NCBI GenBank assembly: GCA_029717555.1
Contig: JAMDHS010000017.1
Coordinates: forward strand, 1-64,000
Direction: 5' to 3'
DNA: 64,000 nucleotides
Source: Peribolospora baueri
Taxonomy: Eukaryota
Shown here piece by piece: positions 23,613-36,792 of this stretch. Both the position numbers and the translations under genes were made by a program. Position 1 is the stretch's first letter, and the number at the start of each line of letters is the position of its first letter. The notes beneath the pieces were generated by a model. It was given only the letters and a program-made list of their open reading frames with translations. It made no database searches and was not told the DNA's origin.

Positions 23613-25271
23613 ATGTCTACTGTTCCGCTCAAGACTGTCGACCTCGCCTCCGGCATCACGGCCGCTTACCGCCAAGTGCCTGAGCGTTTCGATTCAGCGA
23701 AGCCGACTCTCGTCTTCCTGCACACTTTCACCAGCCACAGCTGGTATTACGGTGAGTGAGCCTCGGGCCTGATCGTGTATAGTTGATTCTGTTTCCCTTG
23801 GTTTCCAATTCATTAACACCGTGTTATCACCTGATTCACCGCCCATCGCTCATGTCGGCTTGCAATCTTTCCTCAGCCGAACAGCTCCAGAGCAAAGAGC
23901 TCACGTCCCGGTTCAACTTGCTGGCCATTGACGAGATCGGCCATGGCTACACCGAAGGTCCCCAAAAGTGGACTTTCTGGGTGTGTGACCGCTCGAGATT
24001 CAGCGTTTCCTGCCTTCTGTCTATTTTACTTGTTCCCATGCACAGCTTTCTGATATAGATTCGATCTGTTTTTCCAACTCCATCTGCCACGTCTTGCGCT
24101 GAACCAGGATACGGCCAAGATGGCGCTTGGTGAGTAATCTCTTGGCTTTATTCGGGAAGGAGGGATCCTGTCATGATGCGTCTTGTGGAAATCTGACGCA
24201 CATATCTCCGTCTTTTGATACTCTTATCTCCCATGCCGTTCCAGACGTCATGGTGAGTTAGCTCGCCACTTTTATGGAGTGAATGATGGTCCAGATTCGA
24301 TCGACTGATTTCTCACGGGCTTCCCCCTCGTTTGCGCATCTCGCTTCTCATTGCCGCATCTGTGGCTTGTTGCAGGACGCCGTTGGTGTCAAGAAGGCCT
24401 TTGCTTTGGGTAGCAGCCAGGGAGGTGCCATTGTCGCGCAAATGGCGCTACTCGCTCCCGAAAAGATTGCCGGTCTGATTGAAGCCGGGTGCGTATCCTG
24501 TTGAGTGTTTGGAATGGAATACTCTCGTACGTAAGACGAACCTGCCATGCTAACGTGGACGCATTTTTTTTTCCCTTGATGCCCTCGACAGGACGTCTCT
24601 GGACGCGGAAACTCAAGAGACTCGGGATCTCGGTTGCTGGAACGTGCCTGCCGTGGAAGCTGACTGGTACGCTATCCTGGACCCCGGACACGCTACCCCT
24701 AACTGGGTCGTGCCGGACAAGGCAAGTTCATTTTCTTTCCAAACGTCTGCCCTTGTTAGCACGGTGTTGGTTTGCTGACTTTCCGGCGCAATCAACTTCT
24801 TCCTTCACATCAGATCACCAACGACATCATGGGCGTCGGACTGGGCGAGGACGTTCCCGCTCCCTTCGGGGCTTATTGGAATGCTGAACACAAGAAGATC
24901 TTTGGCGGGCAAGAGGGTCGTGAGAAGCTCCTTCAGGCGTCCAAGTGCCTCTTCGAGCGCGACAGCTTGGTTCCAAAACTCGACTCCATTACCTGCCCGG
25001 TCCTCATCATCCACGGGACGAGGGACAACGTGTTTTCGATCCCGCTGGTTCACAAATGGGCGGCTTTGCTCAAGAATGCGAAGGTCCAAACTGAAATTAT
25101 CGAGGTCCGTTTGCTTTGCTTCGCGTTTTCAACAGCGACGGAGCCTGTGCCTGACTCTTTCTGGTTTTGCGCACCGCTGCACAGGGTGGGCACCATTTCC
25201 TGACGGTCAGTCACGCTCCCGAAGTGGAGAAGCTGGTGATCAACTTCATTGAGCAGAACACGAAGGCGTGA
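23613..25271 (+). CDS. Alpha/beta-fold hydrolase, multi-exon
   Basis: PTLVFLHTF, NLLAIDEIGHG, nucleophile elbow GSSQGG, CPVLIIHGTRDNVF, GGHHFL. Micro-exons 24108-24129 and 24245-24252, and a probable GC donor at 24722. Confidence 0.9.
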
Positions 25272-25873
25272 GGCGCACGACGTCAACACTATCGTTCCCA
25301 CCATTCTCGTGATTTTTTGAATTTGTGACGTGTTATAGTACCCAGGTGTGGTTTTGTTATGTAGCCAAATGGCGGGCAGCGAGTGTGCTGAATTGGATGA
25401 CCACATTTACCGCATGTTGATCTGCCTCCGTCCATCTACCTGTTCGAGGGTACACCTCGGACGGACTGGCTTGACGGACCTCCGAACATAGCAAAGGGCT
25501 AGCTGATGTAAAAGCTCATGTGAGCGAACCGCTGAACATAGCAAAGGTGCCAGCTGACGTACAGGATGGCTAGACTACACGGGCAGAAGTAACGTAAGCT
25601 GCACGAGGATCAAGCGTTCTTATGAGGTCAGCATAGATCTCATGAACGGACATCTATCCGGCGTGAGTCGAGAGGAGCACGTATCCGAAGGGTCGGAAAG
25701 CTGCACAAAAGCCGTCGCAGTCACGTGAAGTCTCACGGAATCAGATTGGCGGGATCGAATAGCTCTGCGGCCGCATCGCCGATGGCCGGCTTGTGGGGCA
25801 CCGCAGCCCCCATGTCCCGTCGCTGAGTGGACACATCATCCTTCCTCCCTTCCACCATGGAGCTCCCTCCCTG

Positions 25874-28800
25874 ATGACCACCATTCCCGCATCGCCTGCT
25901 GTCCCTAGCCCCTCTCCTGGTCCATGGACCACACCGGCAGTCATACCTCCACCGCCACTGTCGCCAGCCTCCATCGCCGCCGAAGCCGCCCGCGCGCGAC
26001 GCCGAGTCAAGCCGGAGAAGCGCAAGCGAAGTGCCATCAGCTGCGACCTTTGCAAGGCCAAACGTATCAGGTGCAAGCGCTCGAAGCTTGGAGAACCTTG
26101 CGAGGCGTGCATCAAAGCAAAGGTTGACTGCACCCATGACGCCCCTCGAAAGATTCGCCGGGTGTTCGGTAGCGAAGCGGCAGTGCTGTTTCCGGGCCAT
26201 GCTTACCTCCCGACCTCCACACGTTCTTCCGGTCACGAGCGACGATCGTCTGGGCTCTCAGATCGTGGCGATGAGACGGGGATGCGTTTGAAGGCGTCGG
26301 TCTCGACGCAAAGGGCCGAGACTATGCCACGGCAGCCGTCCTCGTCGGTCTCTCCCGCTCCCCACGGACCAACTATCGATCACGACCGCCGCGCAAGCTC
26401 GACTGCCGCCGTGGCTACAGCTTGCTCAAGTACGTTCGGTGGTGATGCTTCCATAGGCCCTTCCACCGCAAACCCATCTCCCGAATCTTTTGTGCCGCCA
26501 GAAGCCGTGTCATGCGGTCCCTCTGCGCCTAGTGGTCCCGCATACGCGGAAGCTGGCCTTCGAGAATCGAGCTCGAGGCCGGCAGGTGCAGCAACGGGAT
26601 CATCTCCTGTTTCTCCGGAGACGGAAATTTCAACACTCTCGCCGGGCCTGTTGCAGGCTGACCTCCGGGGCCGCCCTCGATACGTTGGACCAAGCGCTTC
26701 GCTGCACTTCTTCGCCCAGCTGCGGGACATCATGTCCAAACACGAGCCCAACTCGGAATTCGTTCGAAACGGACTATTCCGCGCTCTTGCCAGCTTTGAA
26801 GACCCCTTGCAAGGCCCGGTCAAGGAAAGAGGACCGAAGGGCGGGGGAAGGGGCCCTGCGGACGGCCCCGGACGTCGCATGGAAAGCGGCTCTGCTCCAC
26901 CCTCGTCGTCGATTCGCGGAGCCTGGCCTAGTAGAGAGTGGAAAGGGCTTACGAAGACGGGTCCGCTTAAGATGCCTGCGAGATGGTGAGCATTTGCACA
27001 GAACACGTATTTCCTGTGTTTTGGGCACGTGCGGATTGACTGGTTGACACCGTAAATTGTTCCTCAGGCTCGCCGACACACTCGTTGAAGCGTTCTTTAC
27101 CCGCGTCCATGGCGACTTCGTTGTCTTTCATCGCGCGACCTTCTGGTGCCGATACGAGTCCATGTGGAACGCCTCTGGCTCCAATTTCGAGCAGGATTCT
27201 GCCTGGACGTGTTCCGTTTGCATGGTGCTGGTTCTGGGAGCTAGCGCCATAATGGGTAACGTCGCGCCATTCGGCAACAACAAGGGCGCCTCTGGAAATG
27301 GTACTGGTTGCCAAATCTCAAGCTCCCAAGCACAGTCCCCGGCGGACGCGGCACCGCGTACGGACTCGTACGGGTTAGCTGGCGTCGCATCGAACACTCT
27401 GAAGGGAATCCAACGGCGATATTACCGACATGTCGAGGCCCTCCTTCCCCGGGTTTTGTGCGGTTCGTCCCTCGCCAACATTCAAGCCATTCTTCTCGTC
27501 GCCGTATACATTCACAACGAGGACGAGAGGGAGGCCACGTGGAACCTGACGGGCTCGGCCGTGCGCATGGCGTTCGCAACCGGGATGCACCGCAAAGAGA
27601 GCGCTGGTGGCCAGCTCCAGAGCGAGTTCGGCACACTGGAACGTGAGATGCGAAAGCGTTTGTGGTGGACGCTTTTCACCTTTGAGCGGTTCCTATGCTC
27701 CAGCATGGGAAGACCGAGTTCGATCAATGACGACGACGTCGACGCCGACTTGCCTAAGGACAGCATCCTCGACACCAGCGACCAAGGCCCGCTCGGGTAT
27801 CTCTGTCAGAACGTGCGTTTATTTCAACTTGTCGGTCGCATCTGCAAAACTGTCTACAACCCCATCAATCAGCCCGAGGACAAGACTGCGGTGGCTGTGG
27901 CCCTGTTCGACGAACTGAAAGCGTGGCGAGAAGCCGTGCCCGCCCATCTTGATCTTGATATCCCGCAAATCCCCACGCACCGCCGCGCGCTACTCCTCCT
28001 GCATATCCAGTATCACAACGCCATCTCGCTCCTCACACGGCCATTTTTGATTCTTGAGACCAACGACGCCGGACCCAGTGACCCCTTCGCACACATGGAC
28101 GGACCGATTGGAGACGGACACTGGAAGCAACAGGCCGAACTCGCCTACACTTGTGTTAAATCTGCACAAGCGTGCGTTGCTTTGCTGCAGACCCTACGAA
28201 CGGAAGGCCTGTTCAACGCGACGACCTGGTTCGACACTTGGTGGACCTATAGCAGCGCCATGATCCTTGCCATACCGGTCATTTGGAAGCATGGGCGTCG
28301 AGCGCCTCGAGGTGACAACCAGAGAGGGATTCAAGGACGCCAAGCGACGGGAAGGAGCACGTTGGAATCCCCCGACGATGACGCGGGAAGACGAGGTGCT
28401 TCTGAGTCGGGCGGAGACATGCCAGTCGCTGAGCAAGCCGAATTGTCCGTAGCTCCAGCAGCGTCCTCTAACGGAAGCAGCCCCCCGGCCGTGCTCAAGG
28501 TTGAGACCGCCGAAAGGGCCAAGGAAGACTTTCGGACTTGCCTGGACCTGCTGGATGGGCTTGCCCTTCGCGGCACTCTAGCACGCTTTGCTGAGGTGAT
28601 GAATAACCTGGCCAAAGCCGTTGGCGTATCCGTCTCTCTGCGACACGGACGAGAGCGATCGGGGAGGAGAGGCCAGCCTGGCGCGAGGGAAGGGAACGCA
28701 GAGCGCCTCGGTTCATGCCACGAAGCGGGCACGCTGTCGGGGACTTCCAAGGTTCTTCAAGCGCACCTTTCTCGCGGCCGAGAACAGGCGAAAGTTAGGG

Positions 28801-29372
28801 TCGTTCCGGTTGAGCCCTCATCGGAAGCGTTTAACCTCCCTCGCCACGACCTTTCGCCGCTCACCTCGCCCAACAGCGTGGGACCTTCGCCCACTGGAGC
28901 ACAATCCATTCAGCAAGTCGACAGCAGCGCGCAGGCTTCCACTTCGAGAACGCCGTTCCCATTTCAAATGCTAACTCCGATGACGGGGCAGATGATACGA
29001 AGAGATAGCGTGTCAGGGGACGGATACGGGCTTCATAATGGCGCAGATGCGTCGAGTTTGGATGGCACCCTCGGGCCTAGCCCGGGCGCCATGTCCGATT
29101 TCCGCGCTCAACTACTGCATCCTCAGCACGATGGCAGCCGGGTGTACGACGACTGGGCCGGCGTCTTTGAAGGACCGCTGGGTATCTTTAGCGGACTCAG
29201 CATGACGGAGCCGGCCGGGGGTGGTGACGGCCTGTGGGGTGATCGAGCAGGCGTTGGTGTTGGCGCAATGGGTGGGACTGGTGTTGGAGATGAGAGGACG
29301 GCGTGGGAAGTGGCGATGAACTGGAATTGGGACCAGATCAGCTCTGCGCTCCTTCAGAGCAACCCTTTGTAA
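25874..29372 (+). CDS. Zn(II)2Cys6 transcription factor with fungal-specific middle homology region
   Basis: SCDLCKAKRIRCKRSKLGEPCEACIKAKVDC, RYVGPSAS, WNLTGSAVRMAFATGMHR, REMRKRLWWTLF..ERFLCSSMGRPSSI. One intron at about 26986-27068. Confidence 0.94.
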
Positions 29373-30408
29373 CAACAGTGTATGTAGAAGAAATCCACGC
29401 ATCGTCCAGCTGTATTATGCCTTGGGTGCGTGCTCCCAGTGTCCGACAGTCTCGACTGTTGTGAATGCGCCCAGTTGCATTCGTCGGTCGAGGAGCGGGG
29501 ATCTGGCCGGCTAAAAGAACGCCTGCTCGGAGCGGGGATGAGAAGAGCGAAGACGGGTACCGCTCGTCCTTGGTGGATGGATCGCCGCGCGCCTGGAGCT
29601 GGTGCTGGTGGTCCGAGTCGCAGCCGGGAACCGTCCGCTCGGGCGCTCGAGACATGGTCACCATACCATGGCCGCCGGACGGGCATGTATGGTGGGACCA
29701 GTGGAGGCGCACTCGCACGTCTGTGGGGGAGAGAGATTGGGCTGCGGACGTACCGAGGGTGCAGATGCGGGCACGGCAATCGAGCGCGGCTCACAGCCTT
29801 GTCCCGGACTTGCGGAGCCTCCGACTCGGAACACGGCCACTCGGCATCGTTTATCCTGTACCACCACTGAGCTAAGTCCATGCCGAGCCATGTCCGACGA
29901 GGACGACAGCCGGTGGAGGCAGTCTCACCTTCCACCACTGACAGTAGCGCGTACAGCATCATTCCTATTGTCCGCGCTTCCGGCTCCGCATTCACTTAGT
30001 CTCACGCGGACCGCCCATTCACTTCCCCGTTTTCTACCCGTCTTCTTCCATCACAGCTTCCTGACGGCGACAGTGTGAGCGCTTGGAATACAGTCGTCCC
30101 TCGGCGCCGCACGGACGGGGGCGGAAGGCCGAGCGGGAATCCTGTCCGCGACTCGGCGGATCTGCCATGACTCGTCTACGCTAGCTACATCAAGTGGATG
30201 GGACCTGAGACGGGCGAACAAAAGGGACAATGATGACACCGACGACGAGGAAGAAGAAGTTCCGCCGTGAGCGCCTCCGCGTCCTCATCGACTGGCCAGG
30301 GCCAGCATCTATTTATTGTGTGGCTGCTTTCTCATGGATTCGCCCCATCACGGACGGTGCTCAGCCCACACTATATCCTCTTCTCGTTGCTGCTAAGGCC
30401 TTCTGGAC

Positions 30409-32326
30409 ATGGGTAATTGGAACAAAGCTGCTCAGCTGAACGCTCTCAACGAGCTCGCGGCTACCGTAAAGGTCAGTCAGTACGTTACACTCGCTTCCTG
30501 TGGCCACTGGACTCACAGGATCGGTCGTGTCGCATACCCCTGCAGGAGCTCACCTCGTACCTCGAGAGCCAACCTGACGATGCACAAGTCCATCCCGGCA
30601 CCTGGCACTTTCCATGGACTCCGGCATCGGGGAAGACCGCGCATGCCTTGAGAAGGAACTACGAGTGGGTCGTGTAGCATCAGTGATCAGGGCGGCATTG
30701 GTCCGTCGCAACTTCTGAACTTCGGCTCCTCTTTCGTCCCCGCTACCAGGACCGTGCTGCGGAGCATACTGTCTCCCGGGCAGTACATTCTCGAAAACGC
30801 TCTAGCCATCGACGAAGCTTTGGCTATCACCACTCTCTTGGAATATGGCATCCCCGACCAACTTGACGAGGGGGAGGTGAAGAGCGTGGAAGAGCTCGCC
30901 AACAAGAACAACGCCCTTAGCGTCTCCCGCATCGAGGTCCTCCTTCGCCTCGCTGCCTCCTTTGGTATCTTTGAGGAAGCGGAGCCGCTGTCCGGCAAGT
31001 GGAGACATACCCCTCATAGTTTGATGTTGCGCAAGGACAGCTCTGTCCCCGTGTGGGCCTTGGTCGAGTATAGGTGCGTCCATCTGGGGATTCTACGCAG
31101 CATGCCTGTTTCTGTCTGCCTTGATCTTAATCGACGTAAATTTCTCTCATGTTGCCCCCCGGCTTTTCGACTTAACAGTAGCGGCGATTGCCTCAATGCG
31201 GTTATACGTCTCCCGGAGCTGTGCAAGAAGGACTCCGAGCACATGTCGGGCATCGAGTTGCTCTTCCAGAAGCACCGCTTCGTCATAAATGCAGAGGACT
31301 CGTTCAAGGCGGAGCTATTCAACATCGCCATGAAGGCTGCCAGCTCTTATCTGGCCCCTGGACCCTTCGAAGGTACGAATGACATCTGGCAAACACGGAG
31401 TTGGCGTTGGCCTCCCTGTGAATTCCTCGCCCGTGTTGCGCAGAGCACAGAGCTGAATTTCTTGCTTGCTTCACGGTGAACCCCCCGTAGACTATGATTG
31501 GGCGTCTCTCGGCAAGGACGTCACCGTCGCCGACTTGGGCGGCGGAATCGGAAGCCACGCAATGTACGCTCTTGCCCGTCATCCCAACTTGCGCTTCATC
31601 GTCCAGGATCAGGCGCATGTGGCCGAAGAAGGGCGCCAGGTGAGTAGTAGTATCCGGGCATCCCGTAAAGGTCAAAGCGCGGGCGAAAAGAAGAAGGGCT
31701 TGGTGTGACATTGGATTGTTCCGCCACATTGCCATTTGCGCTTTCGTTCAGTACTGGGCCAAACACATGCCCAAGGAAATGAACGAGCGCGTGGAATTCC
31801 AAGCGTAAGTACCGTATGCGTCGTGTTGTTGGCTGAGGGATAGCGAAGTGTCAATCTCATTGTTGTCTTGCCACACCTAACGCCCTTCTTTCATTTCGTC
31901 TAGTCACGACTTCTTCAAGCCACAGCTAATGCAGGTGGCTGACGTGTACTACATGAGCAGCATCATTCACGACTGGGACGACGAGGACGCGATCAAGATT
32001 TTGCGTGCCCTGAGGCAGAGCGTTCGGCCGGGTACGAAACGTGAGTCTTCAGGATTCCGTTCCGCTGTCATATCCTCGAGTTCTCATCCCCACCTCCCAC
32101 CCCGTCTATTGTCCTGACCAACTCAGTCCTCGACGCCGAAGTGGTCATCAAGCCGTACAATGACCGCTACACGCACACGATCTCCGTGCACATGATAGTG
32201 GCAGTCGCCGCCAAGGAGCGCACAGCCGAAGAGCACACCCGTCTTCTCAATGCGAGCGGATGGGAGGTGAAGAAGATTTGGGATACCAGGAGCGTATTGA
32301 GCATTATCGAGAGTGTCGCAGTGTAG
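30409..32326 (+). CDS. SAM-dependent O-methyltransferase (Methyltransf_2-like), multi-exon
   Basis: Winged-helix region RIEVLLRLAASFGIFEE...WRHTPHSLML, then VADLGGGIGSH, FIVQDQ, HDFFKPQ, DVYYMSSIIHDWDDEDAIKILR and KERTAEEH. Confidence 0.9.
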
Positions 32327-32680
32327 GTCGTAGGCGAAACCTTGGTCCTCACCGTACAAGCTCTTCTCTATTTCTAAGCGTGTGATTTGAGTGCCCGGAA
32401 CGGCCGGGATTGCTGGGCATTCTCCGTTATCGCCCCCTGTTTGTTTGACCGGGCCTCGCTCCGCTGGTCGCAGGGAAACGGAAAATCCCCCTTCCCGTGT
32501 ATGTAAGCAGGATGGAATGCCACTCCACGTGGCTCGACCGCGGGTGCTGATCGATCGAATGAATGTGATCGGTGCGCGTTTGGCCGGCGTCGCTGTCTCG
32601 CTGCCGACCTCCTCCATAAACGGCGACGGCCTTTCACACGACGTCTCCATCTTTCGCTCCTCTTCACCCTAGTTCTCATC

Positions 32681-35600
32681 ATGTCAGACCGAACCGATGA
32701 GGGCGAAGTGCCCTCTCCACTCAGCGCCAGGTGGTTCCACGCGCGCGAGAAGGAATGGTCACCATTCTCCCCCAAGGACAGCACTGCGCTGGAGAAGGCT
32801 TGGCAAGCGCTGACGGACGAGGAGCGAGTGGAGCACAAACGCAGGAGAGAGAGGGAGCGTGCGGAGGCGGAGGAGAGCAGGAGGAGGAAGAGAGAGGGGG
32901 ACAAGGGCGCGGAGAAGATGTTGGTAAGCATCCATGAGGGTTTCGTCCCCGACCCTTCCGCCCTATCCTTCTCCGCCCTCGCTTCTATGGTCGGTGTCTC
33001 AGGCGCAGACTGGGTGAAGATACCAGGCAACAGTGGTCCTTCTTCGTCGCACGGAGACTTTGACGTTTGCTCTCCTTCGCTTTCTTCCAAGTCCTTGCCG
33101 TCGTCGGAAGGGGAGGGCGAGGACAGGGATGAGAGAAAGCAGAAGGGCGACACGGGAGCTGCCGCCGCGCCTGAGTGGACACCGAGAGACCCGAATGAGC
33201 CACTACCGCATTGGAGGGTGCCGGTCGCAGAAGACGCGCTGTACGAGGTTGACTTGAAGTCCATGAAGGTGAGCTGGGCCATCGTTCAAAAGTTAGCGGT
33301 CCACACGGTTTCCAGTTAACGGTCCCACCATTGTCACTCCTACCGCGGGTCTGCATCGCAAGCTCTTCCCGGTCTTCTGGAAAGGCGCGGAGCTGGACGT
33401 TCTGAGAGCTACCTGGTTCTACGACTCTGCAGATCGCTTCTTGCCCGTGGATAGAGATCTGGCGGACGACCTCGAGGAAGCGTATAGGTGAGCGTGCAAG
33501 CGGTGTATGCACCAGCCGGCCAATCTCTTATGACAGGGTCCTCGTTGAACGCGCGCCCTCGCCTCATTCCCTTTGCTTCTGCGCTGCCATAGACGTATTC
33601 AACCGTGGCAAGCCTCCTATGCCGAGAAGATGCGAGCAAAAGCGTCCGATCAGAAGGACAAGAAGGATGAAAAGGACAGCGACAAGGACGACCAAGTGGT
33701 ACGCCTGTCGTCCCTCAAGGACGGATATGTCATCTTCGTGGACGGAAAGTGCGCTCGGCTCTACACGTGGGTAACTCTCCTTGATTGTAGCGTGCCTACG
33801 TGGACCTTTACGCTGGTCAGCGTCGCTCATATTCGCTCGATCACTCGCAGCGGAGGCATAGTCGGCCGTCTGTCCGACTCCATTCGCGAAGCCTTCTCCT
33901 CCGTGGGCGGGTCACTCGTCCTCCGCGGCTTCGATGAGTACATGCGCCGACGTAGAGGCGAGAGGGACGGCAAGGCCAAGTCGCAGCCCAAGAGAGTTCA
34001 GACTCAACCAGGTCAACTGACGAAGGAGGCATCGAAAACAGGCGCCTTCGATCGACCAGCTGGTGCGGCGAAGCCGTCTGCGCCCCAGTGGAGTCGACGC
34101 CATTCCCAATCAAGAGATGAGGTAGAAGGAGACGATGAATCGGAAGGAAGCGGCGACGATGGTATTGGCCTCAAGACTTCCAACTTTTCCTGGCGGGAGA
34201 TGAACCTCTTCGACCTCCTTCCCGGTCGAAGAGCCGGGAACCAAGGACAGCGCCCTCAGAACGAAGAGGAGAGGCGAGAAGCGGTGACGAATGAAGGCCT
34301 GGACGGTGCACAGGAGAGGCACGCCCAGCCGGTGGACACGGTGAAGGACCTATTCGAGGACGACAGTGGGGTTGTTATCGGTGGACTAGGGGATGAAGAA
34401 GAGGCAAGCGAAATCGAACAGAGAGGTGGTGTTTCCGCTGCTGTGGAAGAGGAAGAGCTCTGTAAGGAGGAAGCCAACCGGTCGCCGGGAGACGAGGAGG
34501 TCACGGTAGAAGAGCCTCCCCACCTCGTTCTCGTCATCCACGGCATTGGTCAGAAGCTCGCGGAGCAGTGGGAGTCCTTCGACTTTGTCTATGATGTGGC
34601 CCGTTTCCGCAAGCTGTCGAAGTAGGTGGCGCCGAGCTTGAACGCCTCTCCGGTCTTGGCAGAGCTTCTGACGACTCTGGTTTATTGCCCCGGACTCAGG
34701 CGTCAAGCACGACAAGAAGGCGTCGCGTCTATCATGGGTGGCTGCCGTGCTCAGGTGATTTCCTGGACTTGGACCTTGGGCACGATGATCATGTCTGTTG
34801 ACGTTGCTCTCCATTCATGCCTCTGACGACATCTTGTCTTCAGTTCATACCCGTCTGTTGGCGAACGCACATCCGCTTCGAGAATCAGGAAAAGGAGGTC
34901 AAGGACGAAGTTCTGGACAACACTTTCTCTTTGGACGACATCAGCGGTGACAAGGACTCTATACCCCTCGTTCGGACGCTCATCAGTCATGTTATGTGAG
35001 CGGATTGCTACATTCGCTGGTCAAGGATGAAGATTGTGGTGGAATTTGGGCGACGTCTTCCCTTCGAGCTGACAACGGGAACTCTCTTCTTGTCGGGCAT
35101 ATGCTATATCGTCTTCATTCCGCAACGCACCTCACCCTCCGGCAGCCTAGATGTGCCCTTCTACCTCTCCGCCCACAAGCACAAAATGGTAGAAGCGGTG
35201 GTCGCAGAGGCGAATAGGATGTACCGCCTGTTCTGTCAGCGCAACCCTCGCTTCGCCGAGAATCCCAAGGTGTCCGTCATCGCTCATTCTCTGGGTGCCG
35301 CTCTTGCCACCGACATGTGAGTCTCCGTGCAGCTGCAAATCCTGCTCGGGTGGATGAGGGAGAAGAGGAGTTGATCGATCGCCCGTCCTCTCACTTCGAT
35401 CAGTCTCTCCCAGCAGCCAGACCACGTTCCACCGCTCTCGTCGACGCCGAAAGAGGAGCTCGAGACGCGCAAACGCTTTCTTTTCGACACCCAGCAGCTC
35501 TTCCTCGTTGGATCGCCCACCGCGTTCTTCCTCTTCTTGGACAAGGCGCAGCTCATCGCCAGGAGTGGACGATCTAGGGTCGTGGACGAGAGGAAGGGTG

Positions 35601-36792
35601 TGACGTTGGACGGGAGGGGCGTGTACGGCTGTTTGGCTGTGGATAGGTGAGCGTCCCCAAGCATCCTCGGACCGCGTGGTTCGGCGACGTGGGTGTGTGG
35701 CGATCCCGACGCTCATGGAGGTTTCCGGCGAACTGCTCGTGGCGGCGACGACAGCGTCTATAACGTATACAACAAGTCCGATCCGGTCGCTTACCGAATG
35801 AACGCCACGGTGGACTCGGAGTGAGTAGGAGCGGTGGGCTTGGCATTTTGCGTTTTTGCGCCGAACGCGTCCCCGTCGGATTACAGTTTGCGCTTTGACG
35901 TGTCCACTCACCTCTCACACTTGGTTTCTATGTCTGGCCTTCCACGAACTGTCGAATTGGACCGAACAACTCGAAAGATATGCCAAATACTTATCCCCAG
36001 TGCCCATTTCCTCAGCGGTTGAAGGCCTTCTCGACACGCTCGCCCTTCCGCGCCTATCGGTCACCAAGTTCTTGCAGTCTCGCAAAATTGCCTTTGAACC
36101 AGGATCGCCTACCGGGTCGAGGGCCGGCATTGACGCCAGGTCGGACCCTTCCAATGTTGCCGAGAGCGCTAGGAGCGATGGGAACCCAGAAGAGTCAGAG
36201 GGGACGAGCGGGCCGGGTTCAAAGGGGACGAACAGTCCACGGACGCCGCGAACACGGCCAACGATGACGAGAAGGAATGCTGAGCTGGAATTGGAGATGG
36301 AGAAGTTGGAGAGGGCGCAGCAGAGGTGAGGTGGTTGTTGCGTCTGCCTTTTGGTCCCCTCCGCGGATGACATCCCGACGTTAGCCTGAACGTGCTTTTT
36401 TTTTTTTTTATCTTTCGGAAATATGACCTGCCGCCGATCCGGGACGACAGGTTCAAAGCTCTCAACCCGCACGGATGTCTCGACTTCTATCTCGAACCGG
36501 ACAACTACGAGTATCTGGCCATGTTGTCCGCTCATCAGGGCTATTGGGAAGGTGCGGTCCGTCTTGCCACACTTTGTCGTTTTCACTGTGAAGAGGCGGC
36601 TGAGATATGTCTATCCCTTCCTTCTGCGTGTCCATCTATGATTGCTGTCCTTATCCAGACCCTCAATTCTCCGCGTTCGTCCTACTCCAGCTGTTCTCTT
36701 CGCAGCGAACGCTCGAGGCGGCGGGCGGAATGCTGAAAAGAGGCGAACAAGCCGTCACGGGCTTCGAGTCCGAGCGCAGCAGGGCCGAGTGA
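32681..36792 (+). CDS. DDHD-domain phospholipase A1 (Ddl1/PA-PLA1-like), multi-exon
   Basis: HLVLVIHGIGQKL, FIPVCWR, lipase motif IAHSLG, LFLVGSP, YNVYNKSDPVAYRMN, MLSAHQGYW. Confidence 0.9.

Noticed and set aside
29373..30408. Overlapping 130-210 aa ORFs between the TF and OMT as a fifth cluster gene
   Set aside because: No consistent frame, splice model or motif was found.
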